Below, piece after piece: positions 27,601-38,300 of a stretch of DNA of 64,000 nt; position 1 is the stretch's first letter, and every line of letters begins with the position of its first letter. Source of the stretch: Phoronis australis (taxonomy: Eukaryota > Animalia > Phoronida); NCBI GenBank assembly GCA_002633005.1, contig NMRA01000413.1, forward strand, positions 282,782 to 346,781, given 5' to 3'. The notes under the pieces are model-generated. The model saw nothing but the letters and a program-made list of their open reading frames with translations. It had not been told where the DNA came from and did no database searches. The translations under genes were made by a program, and so were the position numbers.

Positions 27601-29863
27601 AGACGATGGCGCTTGCCTTCCCGTTTTCAATATTCGACGTTTTCTGTGACACCAAGTGGTTATTTTTGCTGTTGCTTCGGAATCTGCCACTCTATCCGCC
27701 AAACCGCTCAAACAATCATAAGAAAATTCGCAGATGTGTTCCTACTGAGAAGAACAAGACTGACCAACGGCTCAAATTACTTAGGCAAATGTGATGTTGC
27801 TCTTTGCTATGACCTCCTGAGACGACAACGGCTGACAATGGTTGTCGAACAGGTCCGAGTGCTGCGGCGTCCACTAATGTCATTTTTAGCTAGTGGCTCA
27901 ACCTATCAAATCCCTTGATGGATCTTCAATTTAGTAAGTGTAACAACTGACAAGGGTGTAACGGACGTGGATTTTGGGACGGATCCGACTAGTGTGGCTC
28001 CCTTGGTGTCAATTTCGCTCTTCTTTGCCTTTTCCCTGATATCTGTCAGGGTTTGTGACAGGATATTTGGCAAAAAGTAACTATCCCGCCACGAACCTGT
28101 CGCGTTTCAGACGAAATGGACCAATGTTGCGCCCCCAGTTGTCTTTTCATTATTATATATCTGTTCTTTGTCGTCCGCCTCCCAATCTTCCAAACTACGT
28201 AAAGAATCTTGACAAAAGGTTTCAGATTTTTTTCTAATGAGGGGAGCATTGCTGACCTCCATTGCTATTATAAGTTCACCAGTATTGGTCACTTTTGCGG
28301 GAATGTTTAAAATACTGATTATGCCTCGGATCTGGGCTGGATGAGATGCACATGGCATATCAACCCTTAACGTTGCTCTTGTTACTGACGGAAAACGATT
28401 GCTTTCTCCCTTAAACACTTGAAGAACATTTTGTCGCGATATCAGATTGCTCTGGTGTGCGCCTCTTATTTTGAAGACTTCAAAATAGCCAACTATTGTA
28501 CATTTTACCCAAATGCAATCCGATGGCAGACGCATGGCTTCCATGGAGTAAAGAAACAGGGTCAATGCAGAGTTACGAGTCATACGTTCTATACTTTTCA
28601 GAAATCCCAATTTACCTAAAAGCTTGTCATCCATTGTTCTGAGGGGGCGATCAACAACAAATCGCTATGAGAACCTGAAGTGGGGAGAATACAACCTGAC
28701 TACCAAATCCTACATGCACTTAGGTAAGTTTACAAAACAAATATTGCGAAAGTCTCATTTTTCGTTAGCATGATTCAGTCAACCGTTGCGTGGAATTTAA
28801 CAGGATGTGTACTCACCAAAGACCAGTCGCCACTTCATAGTACTTTAGACCGGTGTTTTAGATCAGACTAAGACGTACACAGTGGTCTATGCTTAGATCA
28901 AAGATGAAGTAGTTCGTTCGTTGGCATCTGGCTGGCATGTTATCCGCGCACATGACACCCGGCTAGGGATCTGCTCGCTTAACATTTTTACATTGAATCA
29001 AAAAACGGTTCATGAAATTGAATTTCTAACTCTTACTGAAATATGTTTAAGGTATGCGTCCAAGTATGAAGAGTCACTATCGAGGCAACACGTTCCCGCT
29101 CTGGGTTGACCTTATTCCAAAGGTATATAAGGACAACTCGACGACAAAGCGACATGTCAAATCCTCCCGGTACATGACGCCACCGCCGCCCTCTCCTCCA
29201 CCATTTCCTCCTGTGAGAACGACAAAGTCCCTCGATACGGCGTCTAGCGGGCCACAGCACATCACGCCGACTCAAAATAGCAACGTAAACGTGAAACCAG
29301 GGGAGAGCAGGGATGGCATGGGAAAAGACGATGATGCTATGCTGGAAACAACGCGTGACCCACCCATAAGTATGTCCCTGAGCATCACGATCGCAGTGGG
29401 CTGCTCGTTACTGTTTTTAAATATTATAGTTTTTGCTGCCGTGTATTATCAGAAAGACAAACTCAAATTTGAGAAAAAACTCAGAGAGAAGGAGAAAGAG
29501 AGAGATCGACTTGAGGCCGAGCGTGCAGGCAAAGACTCGTCTGCAAACACCAAAGCGGAAAACGAGACTGACAGTTTACTAGAGGAAGGCGTAGACAAAG
29601 CGCCACCCACTCCACAACGAAACAATTCGTTACCTCGCTCGCCCTTGTTTAACCACGTGTCTAAGCAAGGTGTTCCTCCGCCACCTAGCATAACATATGT
29701 TGCAGGCTCAACATCACCAGAGAAATTGTTGTCACGAACTTCCGGGTTTACTCCGTCGCCGCGCTTGGCTCACGACGCAAGTAGTAATCGGAGGTCAGAC
29801 TCTACAGATTCTGGTGCAATGATGCATAACGGAAGTGACGATGCTCCGGTAACTATGGTGTGA
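218..29863 (+). CDS. NLGN: Neuroligin (non-catalytic cholinesterase-like synaptic adhesion protein), 6 coding exons: join(218..644,23476..23631,25888..26076,26288..27104,28602..28723,29052..29863), about 840 aa
   Basis: Signal peptide; motifs [68 protein letters not shown] (no catalytic Ser) and IILQSGS. TM segment [27 protein letters not shown] closely resembles the neuroligin TM; C-terminal PDZ-binding -VTMV. Exon lengths 427+156+189+817+122+812=2523 nt, in frame, all GT-AG. Confidence 0.93.
3998..4113. repeat. ~33-bp tandem repeat, about 3.5 copies
   Basis: TGTTGAGAAGTTG...CCAAC(T/C)CGGGTG repeated. Confidence 0.75.
6536..7999 (+). mobile_element. Kolobok-like non-autonomous DNA transposon in neuroligin intron 1
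   Basis: TTAA (6532-6535) + AGGAGAAT ... ATTCTCCT + TTAA (8000-8003). TTAA TSD with RR..YY termini and an internal THAP ORF are Kolobok hallmarks. Confidence 0.7.
6683..7021 (+). CDS. THAP zinc-finger ORF (transposon-derived, probably truncated)
   Basis: MVCCIAPAC...LFRFP...WLAAV...RVCGRHF gives the C2CH THAP signature with conserved P, W and F. No AVPT box and no downstream transposase core seen. Confidence 0.75.
   Translation: MVCCIAPACANNEPARKAGISLFRFPREPEMLRKWLAAVKNGKYAINTKHEAVKHLRVCGRHFVDSDLTGECRLSKQLMQGQKRRLMSTRLSRDCKLPCWLIFIVPNELFSP
10820..11020 (+). mobile_element. tRNA-derived SINE
   Basis: Pol III A box TGGCTCAGTCG (10830) and B box GGTTCGAATC (10873); no intact cloverleaf; 3' TGTGAAAGCG resembles L2-type tails. 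Confidence 0.6.
18590..18740. mobile_element. MITE with ~21-bp imperfect TIRs; second, interrupted copy at about 41610-41942
   Basis: CGTTCAGTAAGGCTAGGACCT / AGGTCCTAGCGTTAGTGAACG. The internal GGCAATATCTCACGTAATCTCGC..AAGTCTTGCTTTTTAGCGAGGTC is shared with the 41.6-41.9 kb copy. Confidence 0.72.
21560..21830 (+). mobile_element. Highly decayed LINE RT fragment
   Basis: [16 protein letters not shown] followed by ILYADIT (GVPQGS.LGP and YADD-like motifs) with stops and frameshifts. Confidence 0.45.
22218..23391. mobile_element. Old non-autonomous DNA transposon with long imperfect TIRs; related end at about 54112-54210
   Basis: Left TATCTCAGAAATGGTGCATCGGATTCAAACGAAACTTT mirrors right AAAGTTTCATATGAATCCGATGAGACGTTTCTGAGATA; ends AGGTTA.. 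/ ..TAACCT. Confidence 0.6.
23476..23631 (+). CDS. NLGN: Neuroligin coding exon 2
   Basis: ttttcag| acceptor; [26 protein letters not shown]...NYRLGALG; donor G|gtaaag. An alternative in-frame acceptor would start the exon at 23482. Confidence 0.9.
25888..26076 (+). CDS. NLGN: Neuroligin coding exon 3 (degenerate nucleophile elbow GQGTG)
   Basis: ttttcatag| acceptor; [18 protein letters not shown]...; donor T|gtaagt. Confidence 0.92.
26288..27104 (+). CDS. NLGN: Neuroligin coding exon 4
   Basis: ttttcag| acceptor; [23 protein letters not shown]...YFTNFIKSG; donor GG|gtaagc (phase 2). Confidence 0.92.
28602..28723 (+). CDS. NLGN: Neuroligin coding exon 5 (not in the supplied ORF track)
   Basis: cttttcag| acceptor; completes G-NPN, then [37 protein letters not shown]; donor G|gtaagt. 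Phases match exons 4 and 6. Confidence 0.88.
29052..29863 (+). CDS. NLGN: Neuroligin coding exon 6 (end of esterase domain, Pro/Thr stalk, TM helix, cytoplasmic tail)
   Basis: tttaag| acceptor; [19 protein letters not shown]; TM; ends PVTMV-TGA. Confidence 0.92.
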
Positions 29864-32259
29864 CGTAGTGTGCAATCAGGAATACGGTCGTGCTGATTAT
29901 ATGCAAGTCACAACATGGAAGGAAAATAAGCCGCCTGGACGGGATTTGCAGTCTACGCTGAGCCAAGGAGAACACGTTCGCGTTTAACTCTATGAATCTG
30001 TGGAATTGGATTTTAATCACACGTGGACGTGGCATACTATTGTGGGTTTTCAAGAGCAGCTGAGAGCTGAAAACGGCGCTGAACCGATGCGCGTTGTTGA
30101 TGACTGATCCGTCAGCTGGTGATTTGCCAAGACTGAAGTTTGTTGTTTATGAAAATTGTTTTCATTGTTCACGGCATTCGTCTTAGAAGGTCACAAGCCC
30201 TGTATTGTCTTTTGACGGATATAAGTTTTGACAAAACCCTTATATCATCGATGCTTTGTAACTCAACTCTCTATACGTTGGAGTAAGTTTGCAAATTTTT
30301 GACAAAGTCATCTTCGTACGCACTTCGTATACGCACTTCTACAACACTCCGCGGTGGCCGTGAACGCATTTTGGACCACTTAACATACTCCAGTTTTCGT
30401 GTACCCACTTCGTGTACGACAGCACAGCTCGAAAAGTTGTGCTGTAACATCCGAATACCAAGTTACATACGAAAAACTGGGTGGGTTTTGTAAACAGGTC
30501 CTACATATGACAGCTGCAGGGAAAGACCTATATCGTGAACTACAAGATACGGAGTGTTAGTTGAATATGCTCCCAGGGAGCGTGTCCGTTACAGATTGTG
30601 GGTGAAGAATGGGCATTTTAAGTAAAAGAACTGCTTGAGGCAAAATGTCGGATGTATTTTTCCGAGATATTTGTGAATATACAGGATCAGGGAAGTATTA
30701 GCATTGTTGACATTGGTAGGATGTATCATAAGGGTAAATTGCCTTTCAATAATTACTCATTGCAGTAATGAAAAATGTAGTATTAGAGACATCGCTGGCC
30801 AAATTATATGTAAATGCTCTTTGAAGATAAGCAGAATTGTGCCATATGTAAAGTGGGTGTTTTATTATTCAGTGCATATGTATCTCACTGGGGGTGCATT
30901 GTTGTATCTAAAACTTTTAAAGTTCCTGAACTCGAGTCCCGCAAATGAGACATTGAACATTCAATTTAAGCCGCGTTTCCTTGGATTCTCGAACAATAAA
31001 AGTGGAAAATTCTGTGTTCCAGAAAAGACTGAAACACTGGTAATCAAATGCCAATGGTCTCAAAGTGTTTGTGAAAAAATCAAAATTTTGTGGAAACTCG
31101 TAAAATCTTGTTTGCTCCCAAACAATTCGAAACCAATAAAAAATGTCAAAAACAAGGAATCGGAAACTGTAACGGGATCAGAAACGTCTATCCATTCATT
31201 ATTAGTAATACAACACAAAAGTGACAACAAAGCACGTTTTAGATATTTGTGTCAAAATTTTGGCATCAAGGACCACGTTTAACCAGTGTAGCAATGGACT
31301 TCGTCATACATGTACAAGTTCTTGATACAGCTGACTAAAAATTGGGTCTAAATGACTGCACTACTGGACTATATGTACATAAATAATTAAAGAATGTCCG
31401 TCTCCAAGTTATGCTTACGTCTCTTTGTCTGAAAATGGTATCTTAAGTCGTTAAACCGACTGACGTAAGAAGCGGGGTGGCGCTCAAACCTCTTGTGAAG
31501 TTGGGGGGTAGTTCCCCCGCTAACCAGGTATGTAGGAAGCGCATAGGCAATGTGGGCGGGCAAGTCTCCCCAATAATTTGATGGCGTCAGAGTGAAACCG
31601 ACGTGGCTACCGACATAATCGTAGGGTGAGGAAATGGAGAAATCCCTTCTAGTAGAGCAGCGCCTTCTCTCTCAGAGTGTGGGCCCCTTTACACCCTATA
31701 AATCCGGCGCAATCTAATATTTAGTAGGGGAATTAGAGAACACTTTAAATTTGCTATGAAAACCACAGAAAGTGTTCATACGAAACACTATAGCGCCAAG
31801 AGATGTGACGCAAACAACCAAAAATGTGAGATTGATCCAAAAATAGCACTGCCCAAAATCGAAAGAGAAAAAAATTGAAAATCCTTATTTTGAGTATTAC
31901 AAAAGGCAATATTCTTGTAACCTCCATTTTGCAACAAAATTGGGCGAGCACTAGGAAAGCAAATTTGGGTCATTTAACTCCAACTGTGACGCTTGATCCT
32001 ACGACTCTTGAAGTCGAAGGTTACGAGTGGTACCAATTCTGAGTCTGTCTAAACTGAGCCAATATGCACCGTGAAGGTCTTGGGTGTTTAGGATATGGAC
32101 ACTTTCTGCTTGGGTGAAAACCGGGACAAAATTCTCTTCGTTGAACATCGCATATGATTTGACTCCACGACTGGTCCTGCTCAATCACAAGTTTACCTAC
32201 TCTAGCTAGTACTGAGGTACTTTACAACATCTCAGATGTTCTGAAGTGTCTTTAGCATG

Positions 32260-33230
32260 GCTGACTAAAGCTTTTGTGATCTAACGTGTTTGATGAATAC
32301 TCTAAACGAACACAAATGGCCTTCGTTTTTCATTTAGTCTTTAAAAACATGATAGTTTCAAAATCAGTCTTTACAAATAACAATTCTAACTTTGATATAA
32401 CGATACAAGGAATATAAAAAAATTCAAATGTAGGCTTCAATGCTGTGGACCAAAGATGACTGAAATATAAAGTACTGGCATTAAGCTAGTACAGTATTAA
32501 CCTCTTCAGATTTAAATCCAAAAGACACGTTAAAATGTTATTCTTCACTGAATCTAATGCTTTCGTTAGTTATATTACTTAACAAAGCTCGCACTTTGGA
32601 CCACAATGTCTGCGCAAATGAACAACCACAAAACAATGAATCAAAAGTTTCAAAAGCATTACAGGACAAACAGCTATTATCTTTTACAATCTTCATCTTT
32701 TTCAAGAGATATTATTGTAAACTTTTCAAAACGCATAATAATAATTAGTCTTAACTTTGAGAAGAAGTACAACTCCGAATGGCAACGCGTAAATCTTTTC
32801 AATTTGTTGCTCTGAATAAATATCACTAAATCTGTGTTCTACATCAGGTTGACAAATCATTTTACATGTAAATAAAAAGTAATTTTTAGTTGATTGCGCA
32901 CTAATCTGGCTGCACTGAAAGTCGTTCACTCTATTAGGTAACTTAAGTGCCATCATCAAAGCAAAATATTCTAACCAACTCGATAATTTGTATCTTTGTT
33001 TCATAACATCTAATATATCTTTTACATAAACTATGCCGGCCTCGTAGAACCCACTGAAAAACACTGATTTGCCATTAATCGAAATATTTCTATTGTTCCT
33101 TATTACCTGACTAATAATATCAATTTCGCTGCGTAAGACAACGCTAACATTTTCCCGCGCATTCAACAAGTCACAATAAAAGTTAGCGATATCATCCAAA
33201 GGCAACAACTTGGAGGAAAAACTTGATTTA
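32260..33230 (-). mobile_element. Degenerate L1/Tx1-clade LINE ORF2 3' fragment
   Basis: QVIRNNRNISINGKSVFF..FYEAGIVYVKDIL, followed by a zf-RVT-like CLSCNAFETFDSLFCGCSFAQTLW; stops present. Confidence 0.7.
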
Positions 33231-35027
33231 AAAGGTAATGTAATATGTATCAGGGCTGTTTTTAGTCCGTATTCTTGGCGGCACATTTTTCTGAAAGATA
33301 TTGAAAGTGGCCACGTTTTGCGACAGGTATTGAAATAGGTCACTTTTTGAGTTGAGTATTGAAATGGGTCACGTTTAGTGAGGTTTTTGAAATGGGGCGC
33401 TTATTACTGAAATAAAGTTTTGGTTTTGATAAAGCAGGCTTTTTTCCAATGCTTAGATTTAGAAATGAGATTACATTTTAACATAACAGATGTATTATGT
33501 AATAAACTCTCAAGAGACATTGTTAATAGGGTGCATCGAATGGTAGAATGCAAGCAGACTTTCAACAGCAATTACAAAAATGATGCATAAACTTACTTGT
33601 TAATAAGATTTCACGAATAACCACACATTACAAAGCCACTGTGTTGCAAGTGGCGGTTTATTAAGCACTCAACTGCTAACAGACATCACAAAGAACTTAT
33701 ATAAAATAACGGAATGCAAACAGACTGTCAATAGACATTACAAAGACGATGCGTACAATATGAGATATACACTGTATATTAGGCAGATTTTTCAGTAAAT
33801 AGACAGTCGTGACAAACCATTGAATGCAGTCACGACCACCATAGTAACTTCTGCGATAACCAGCCCCCGTAATCACGTTACACATATGTAACTGTCGATT
33901 GCTTCACATTAGATAATATTCAAGACAAAGACACAAAATAAAATAACTGAGAAAGGCGATTAAGTGATTTTGGATTTGTGCTTATTAACCTTGGTGCAAA
34001 GTTAGTGTATATTATATAGCCAACTTTAACAATTTTTATGTAAAATCGCTTAACCTCATTTATTGTAGAACGTGCAAGACACCGTTTTAAACCGCAAAGC
34101 GGTACGATTCTGTGCTTGCGGCCACAGGTGCTCGAAAAGTAGAAATCCACTATTACATGTATACTACTTGTACCATTACCACTACTACTTCCACTAGTGC
34201 CGCTGAAGCTATACTGCTGCTGCTTCCGCTGTACATCTTTTGAAGAATTACTTCTCGTTTGACGTAGTGGCGCTGTTGTGTCAGTTGGTCGCTCGAACAT
34301 CATCGGTACCTTAACATTATGCGTGCCTATAGTACCGCACAATTATGGTAGTACTGGGGCGCATTATTACATTTCGAAAACTTGTGTATTAAGTCATACC
34401 GAAGTAAAGTGAAGTTTTTCGTATTAACTGTTACTTTTTGTTTTAAGCGTTTGGTTAAGATTCCGTAAATTTATTCAAGTGTCATATCGGTTTTATGATT
34501 TACACATACATGTAACAAAGTTACCTAAGGTTACCATAGGATGCGTGGCTGGAATTATTAGCTTCATTAACATGGCGGAACTATAAGCTGTCAATAAACC
34601 TGTCAATAAACGTAACAAAGATGACGTTTGAAAGGATAGATACAAACAGGAACACGTCTCATCAACACACAAGGTACGGAACGCGTCCTGGAATTCACTT
34701 TGTCGGCAAAGGCACGTACAGACTTAGGAACAAAGTAAAAATATTGACGGCATAGATTGCATGAGCATTGTAATCCATTATATTTGATTTATCCAAAGTA
34801 TTTGTTTATCCAGATGTTTTCTAAACCATTTTTTATGATGGGTTCGTAACGTTATGCTACTGACTTGTTGAATTCCAAAGATGGTGTTAATACAAAGGTA
34901 ATGTGAATGTGTGCTCGAAGGTAGGGCCTAAATGTTCCCTTACATGAAAAGTTATTTCCAAACTAAACAAATATACATACATAAGTCATGCTTATGTAAT
35001 TATATTAAAATTTATACATCACGTTTC

Positions 35028-35365
35028 CTAAACAACCTTTACAGATTCCTTAGGCGCGTCTTCGTCAGTGGGTAATAACAATCTAGTCACGTGTGCTGAA
35101 GAATTTCCGTCAGGGTTGTCACTGGCTACTGTGTTGATGCTTCTTGTTGACCCGATGAAGTTGATCGTGTTAATTGATGAGCCTATGTAGTTAAATTCAG
35201 ACAGAGTTTTGTGCATTTTGTCAAGTTCGAGCACACTTTGAGAAATATCACCGACAGTAATGATTTCCTTTTCATCAAATGAGACCACGTCGTTGTCACT
35301 GGGTTTCGATGCGGATAAAACAGGCGCTAAAAACATGATGACTGAACTGCACACTAGCATTGTTC
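35028..35365 (-). CDS. SLC16: SLC16 coding exon 5 (TM12 and cytoplasmic tail)
   Basis: ttctttgcag| GTMLVCSSVIMFLAPVL...KESVKVV-TAG. Confidence 0.82.
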
Positions 35366-38300
35366 CTGCAAAGAAATCATTTGCTGATGAGCGTACTGTA
35401 CACCTTAGTAAATAACACACACTCTGGTACAAAAACAGCGAGGCAGTTCCTGCGTATAAATTCAACTGCAGTATGAGGAGAGTACTGAGTCGAGATGAAT
35501 CTCAATATCTATTGTTTTAGATAGTGAACATTTCTCGAGCCTTTATAGAACACAGTCATGGGCGGTGCAGCACTGAAAAAAATGGGGGTTATAGCCCCCC
35601 CCCCCAACACCCTATGGTGCGCCGCCCATGACAGTGAGCAGGCAATTATCACACGAAGGAGTCTCTTACCAGCAAAATAAAATCCGTATTTGTAGTGACT
35701 CGTGCCGTCGTATATCCATCCTGAAATAATGTACTAAATATGTTGATACATTACTTATAATCAATATCCACTTAGTTTTTAAAATTGCATGCAATTATCT
35801 CGATATAGTTATTATATTTTAATAAGACGACTTAATAAAAAGTTAATTTTTGATTAAAATTAACTAAAAGTTGTGTCGTCTGCACATGACGCATTGATAG
35901 ACCGGGATCCTAGAGCATTTTTGGGCATGAAAAGGTAACCAATTTTCTTTGGTGCCACAGTGCTCTGTGGGTATCCTAATACTTGGAAATGGCCGTCTTG
36001 CAGGTTCGCTCTGGTGGGTGTGGTCAGGGGAGCCAAGAGAATGCCACTCAAAAATTGAGGTAGATCAACTTTTCTGGTAACCACTTCAAACTGCCTTGGA
36101 TACCTACTACGTAATCCACTGTATCAAAATTGGCCACTGCCAGACAATTTCAGTGGTGGGGAGTATCAGCCAGACGGTTATAAACAAAGTAAAAAATTGA
36201 GCTAGATCAATTCAAGAGGTAACCGAATGAAACCAGTTGCAAAATATTCACCGTGAGCCAGGTATCACGCATGAACACTGCCAGACAAGTCTAATGGTGG
36301 GTTAGCCCCGCCAGACACGCCCAAATACCCGAGTTGAGCTAGATCAACCCACCGGGCAACCGTTTGAAACCAATTGCACGATGTTCAGCATCACTGTACA
36401 TGGCACAAATGTTAGATGCCAGACAAGTTCAGTGGTGGGGGCCCCTTCCAGACGATTATCAAAAATGGTTAAAAATTGAGCTAGATCAACCCAAGAGGTA
36501 AGAAAACTGCAAGTGCAAACAAGAGATTTGCTGATTGGCTAGGTGAAAACAATGAAAACAGAAAGTTGTTGGACATATCCTCCCATGAGCTAGAGCTAGA
36601 CACCCTCGTAGCGGGCTTTCTTATGGCACTGGCGAAGCCCGACGCATCAGCATATGAGCCGGACACTCTAACATCTTTCCACAGGGCCATTGATAGACAC
36701 TTGAAAGAAATTGGCTACCCAGTCACAATGGTAGACAACCCAACTGTATTCAGACTTTCAAGTTGTTGTAGAGTACTGGTCAACTTGGCAAACATTCACC
36801 GCAAGCACTCCTCAACACTGTATTGTTCTTAAATAGCAAACTTTGGTTTACGGGATTCGCATGAAAGCCGCCAGCTACAGTGGGCAGAAATACAGTTGCT
36901 AGAAGACGAATCTGGCAAAGAATACATACAGTTCAACGAAAGGGAAACGAAGACAAGGTTAGGCACTGGCAGCGACATTAGACCGTCGAGGTGCCCCGTT
37001 GCTACTTACAAAGCCTACCGATCACGAAGACTCGCCGTTCTATCTCAGCATCAACCACTGCAGAACCCTCGATTCCGAAATATGGTACAAGAATCAATAT
37101 CTGTGCAAAAACACAATATCTTTGTTCATGAAAAAATGGCACAAGTAGCAGGCCTCCGGGTAAGAAAACCAATCATAGCGTAAGGCGAAGCATGGGCACA
37201 AAACTCCTTCATGCAGGCACGCCACCTACATTGTACCACAATCGTGCAGCTAAGTGAGTGGATACAAAAATGTAGCAAGTTTGAATAACTATGCATCAGC
37301 GTCCACGACACAACAGGGAGCAATGTCCAACATTCGGCAAACTAAGGCTTCGTCAACTGCAAGTGCAACAATCACGCCCAAAGCCAACAAAGGTCCATGA
37401 CAGCACCCGATCGGCGACAATATTACACAACCAGCAACAACGACCGTCCCAGCAACATGTGAACCTATCCAGTCTACAGAATCCGTAAAAATGCGGCAAC
37501 GTACCTGCAAAAACGCTACAACAGGTATATTCACCGGAGCTGTCATCAACGGTGGCATTTAACATCTTCGTGAAAACCGACGATATGTAGGCTACGCGCT
37601 CAGGTCAATGACCCAGTTCTTGCTAATCTATGCATCAATTAGAGGCATTTTGAGGCACACTTTCAACAGCAAAAGCTGGTTTCACGCAAAAAGGTGCCAG
37701 TTTTCACATGACCGGAATCAATATGTTTGCAAGACTTTTTGTCATGGCCATCATTATTCGTTGTAGCGCGCATGCTCCGTTGTCGCAATTTCCGGATATT
37801 GCTTTAACTTCCTTTAAATTCCTTCCCAGTGCCCTCTTGTGACCAGAAAGCAAACTTGCCAGTGACAAAATGGCGAAGCACCGGCAAAATTTCTGACTTT
37901 GTTTTTTATTTAGAAATTTCAATCACAAAATTGTAAATTATCTGACCGGAAACGCTCTTTTACGGAGGTCAGCGCTCAGAATAGCCTAATCAGACGTTAT
38001 TCAAGTAACTTTTTCGTAAAAAGTCAAATAGCAATTTGAACATGCCTTGATGGTCAACCTAATGCCATAGTGTGTGGAATTCTATCGTAATCTTCCGCCG
38101 TAAACGTGCCTTTTCACTCGTTCGGCCATACTTATGGTTGACCACGCCAGACCTATTGTGTAGACTCCCACCAACATCAGATCGGATCCAACAATTGCTA
38201 CATTTAAATTCCCCATTAAAACTTTTCTTTAAAATTAAGCCCTCCAAAACATATGACATTGGCGGTCATTTTGCATAATTAAATGTTTATTTAATTCCTC

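Noticed and set aside
218-29863. Active carboxylesterase or acetylcholinesterase
   Set aside because: No GxSxG serine, His replaced by Gln, and a neuroligin-type TM helix with a PDZ-binding tail.
30704-31282. 192-aa ORF downstream of neuroligin
   Set aside because: No recognisable domain or splice context; likely a chance ORF in 3' UTR or repeat DNA.
33920-34342. 140-aa minus-strand ORF with Q/S/G runs
   Set aside because: Low-complexity trinucleotide-like sequence downstream of the SLC16 stop, with no domain evidence.
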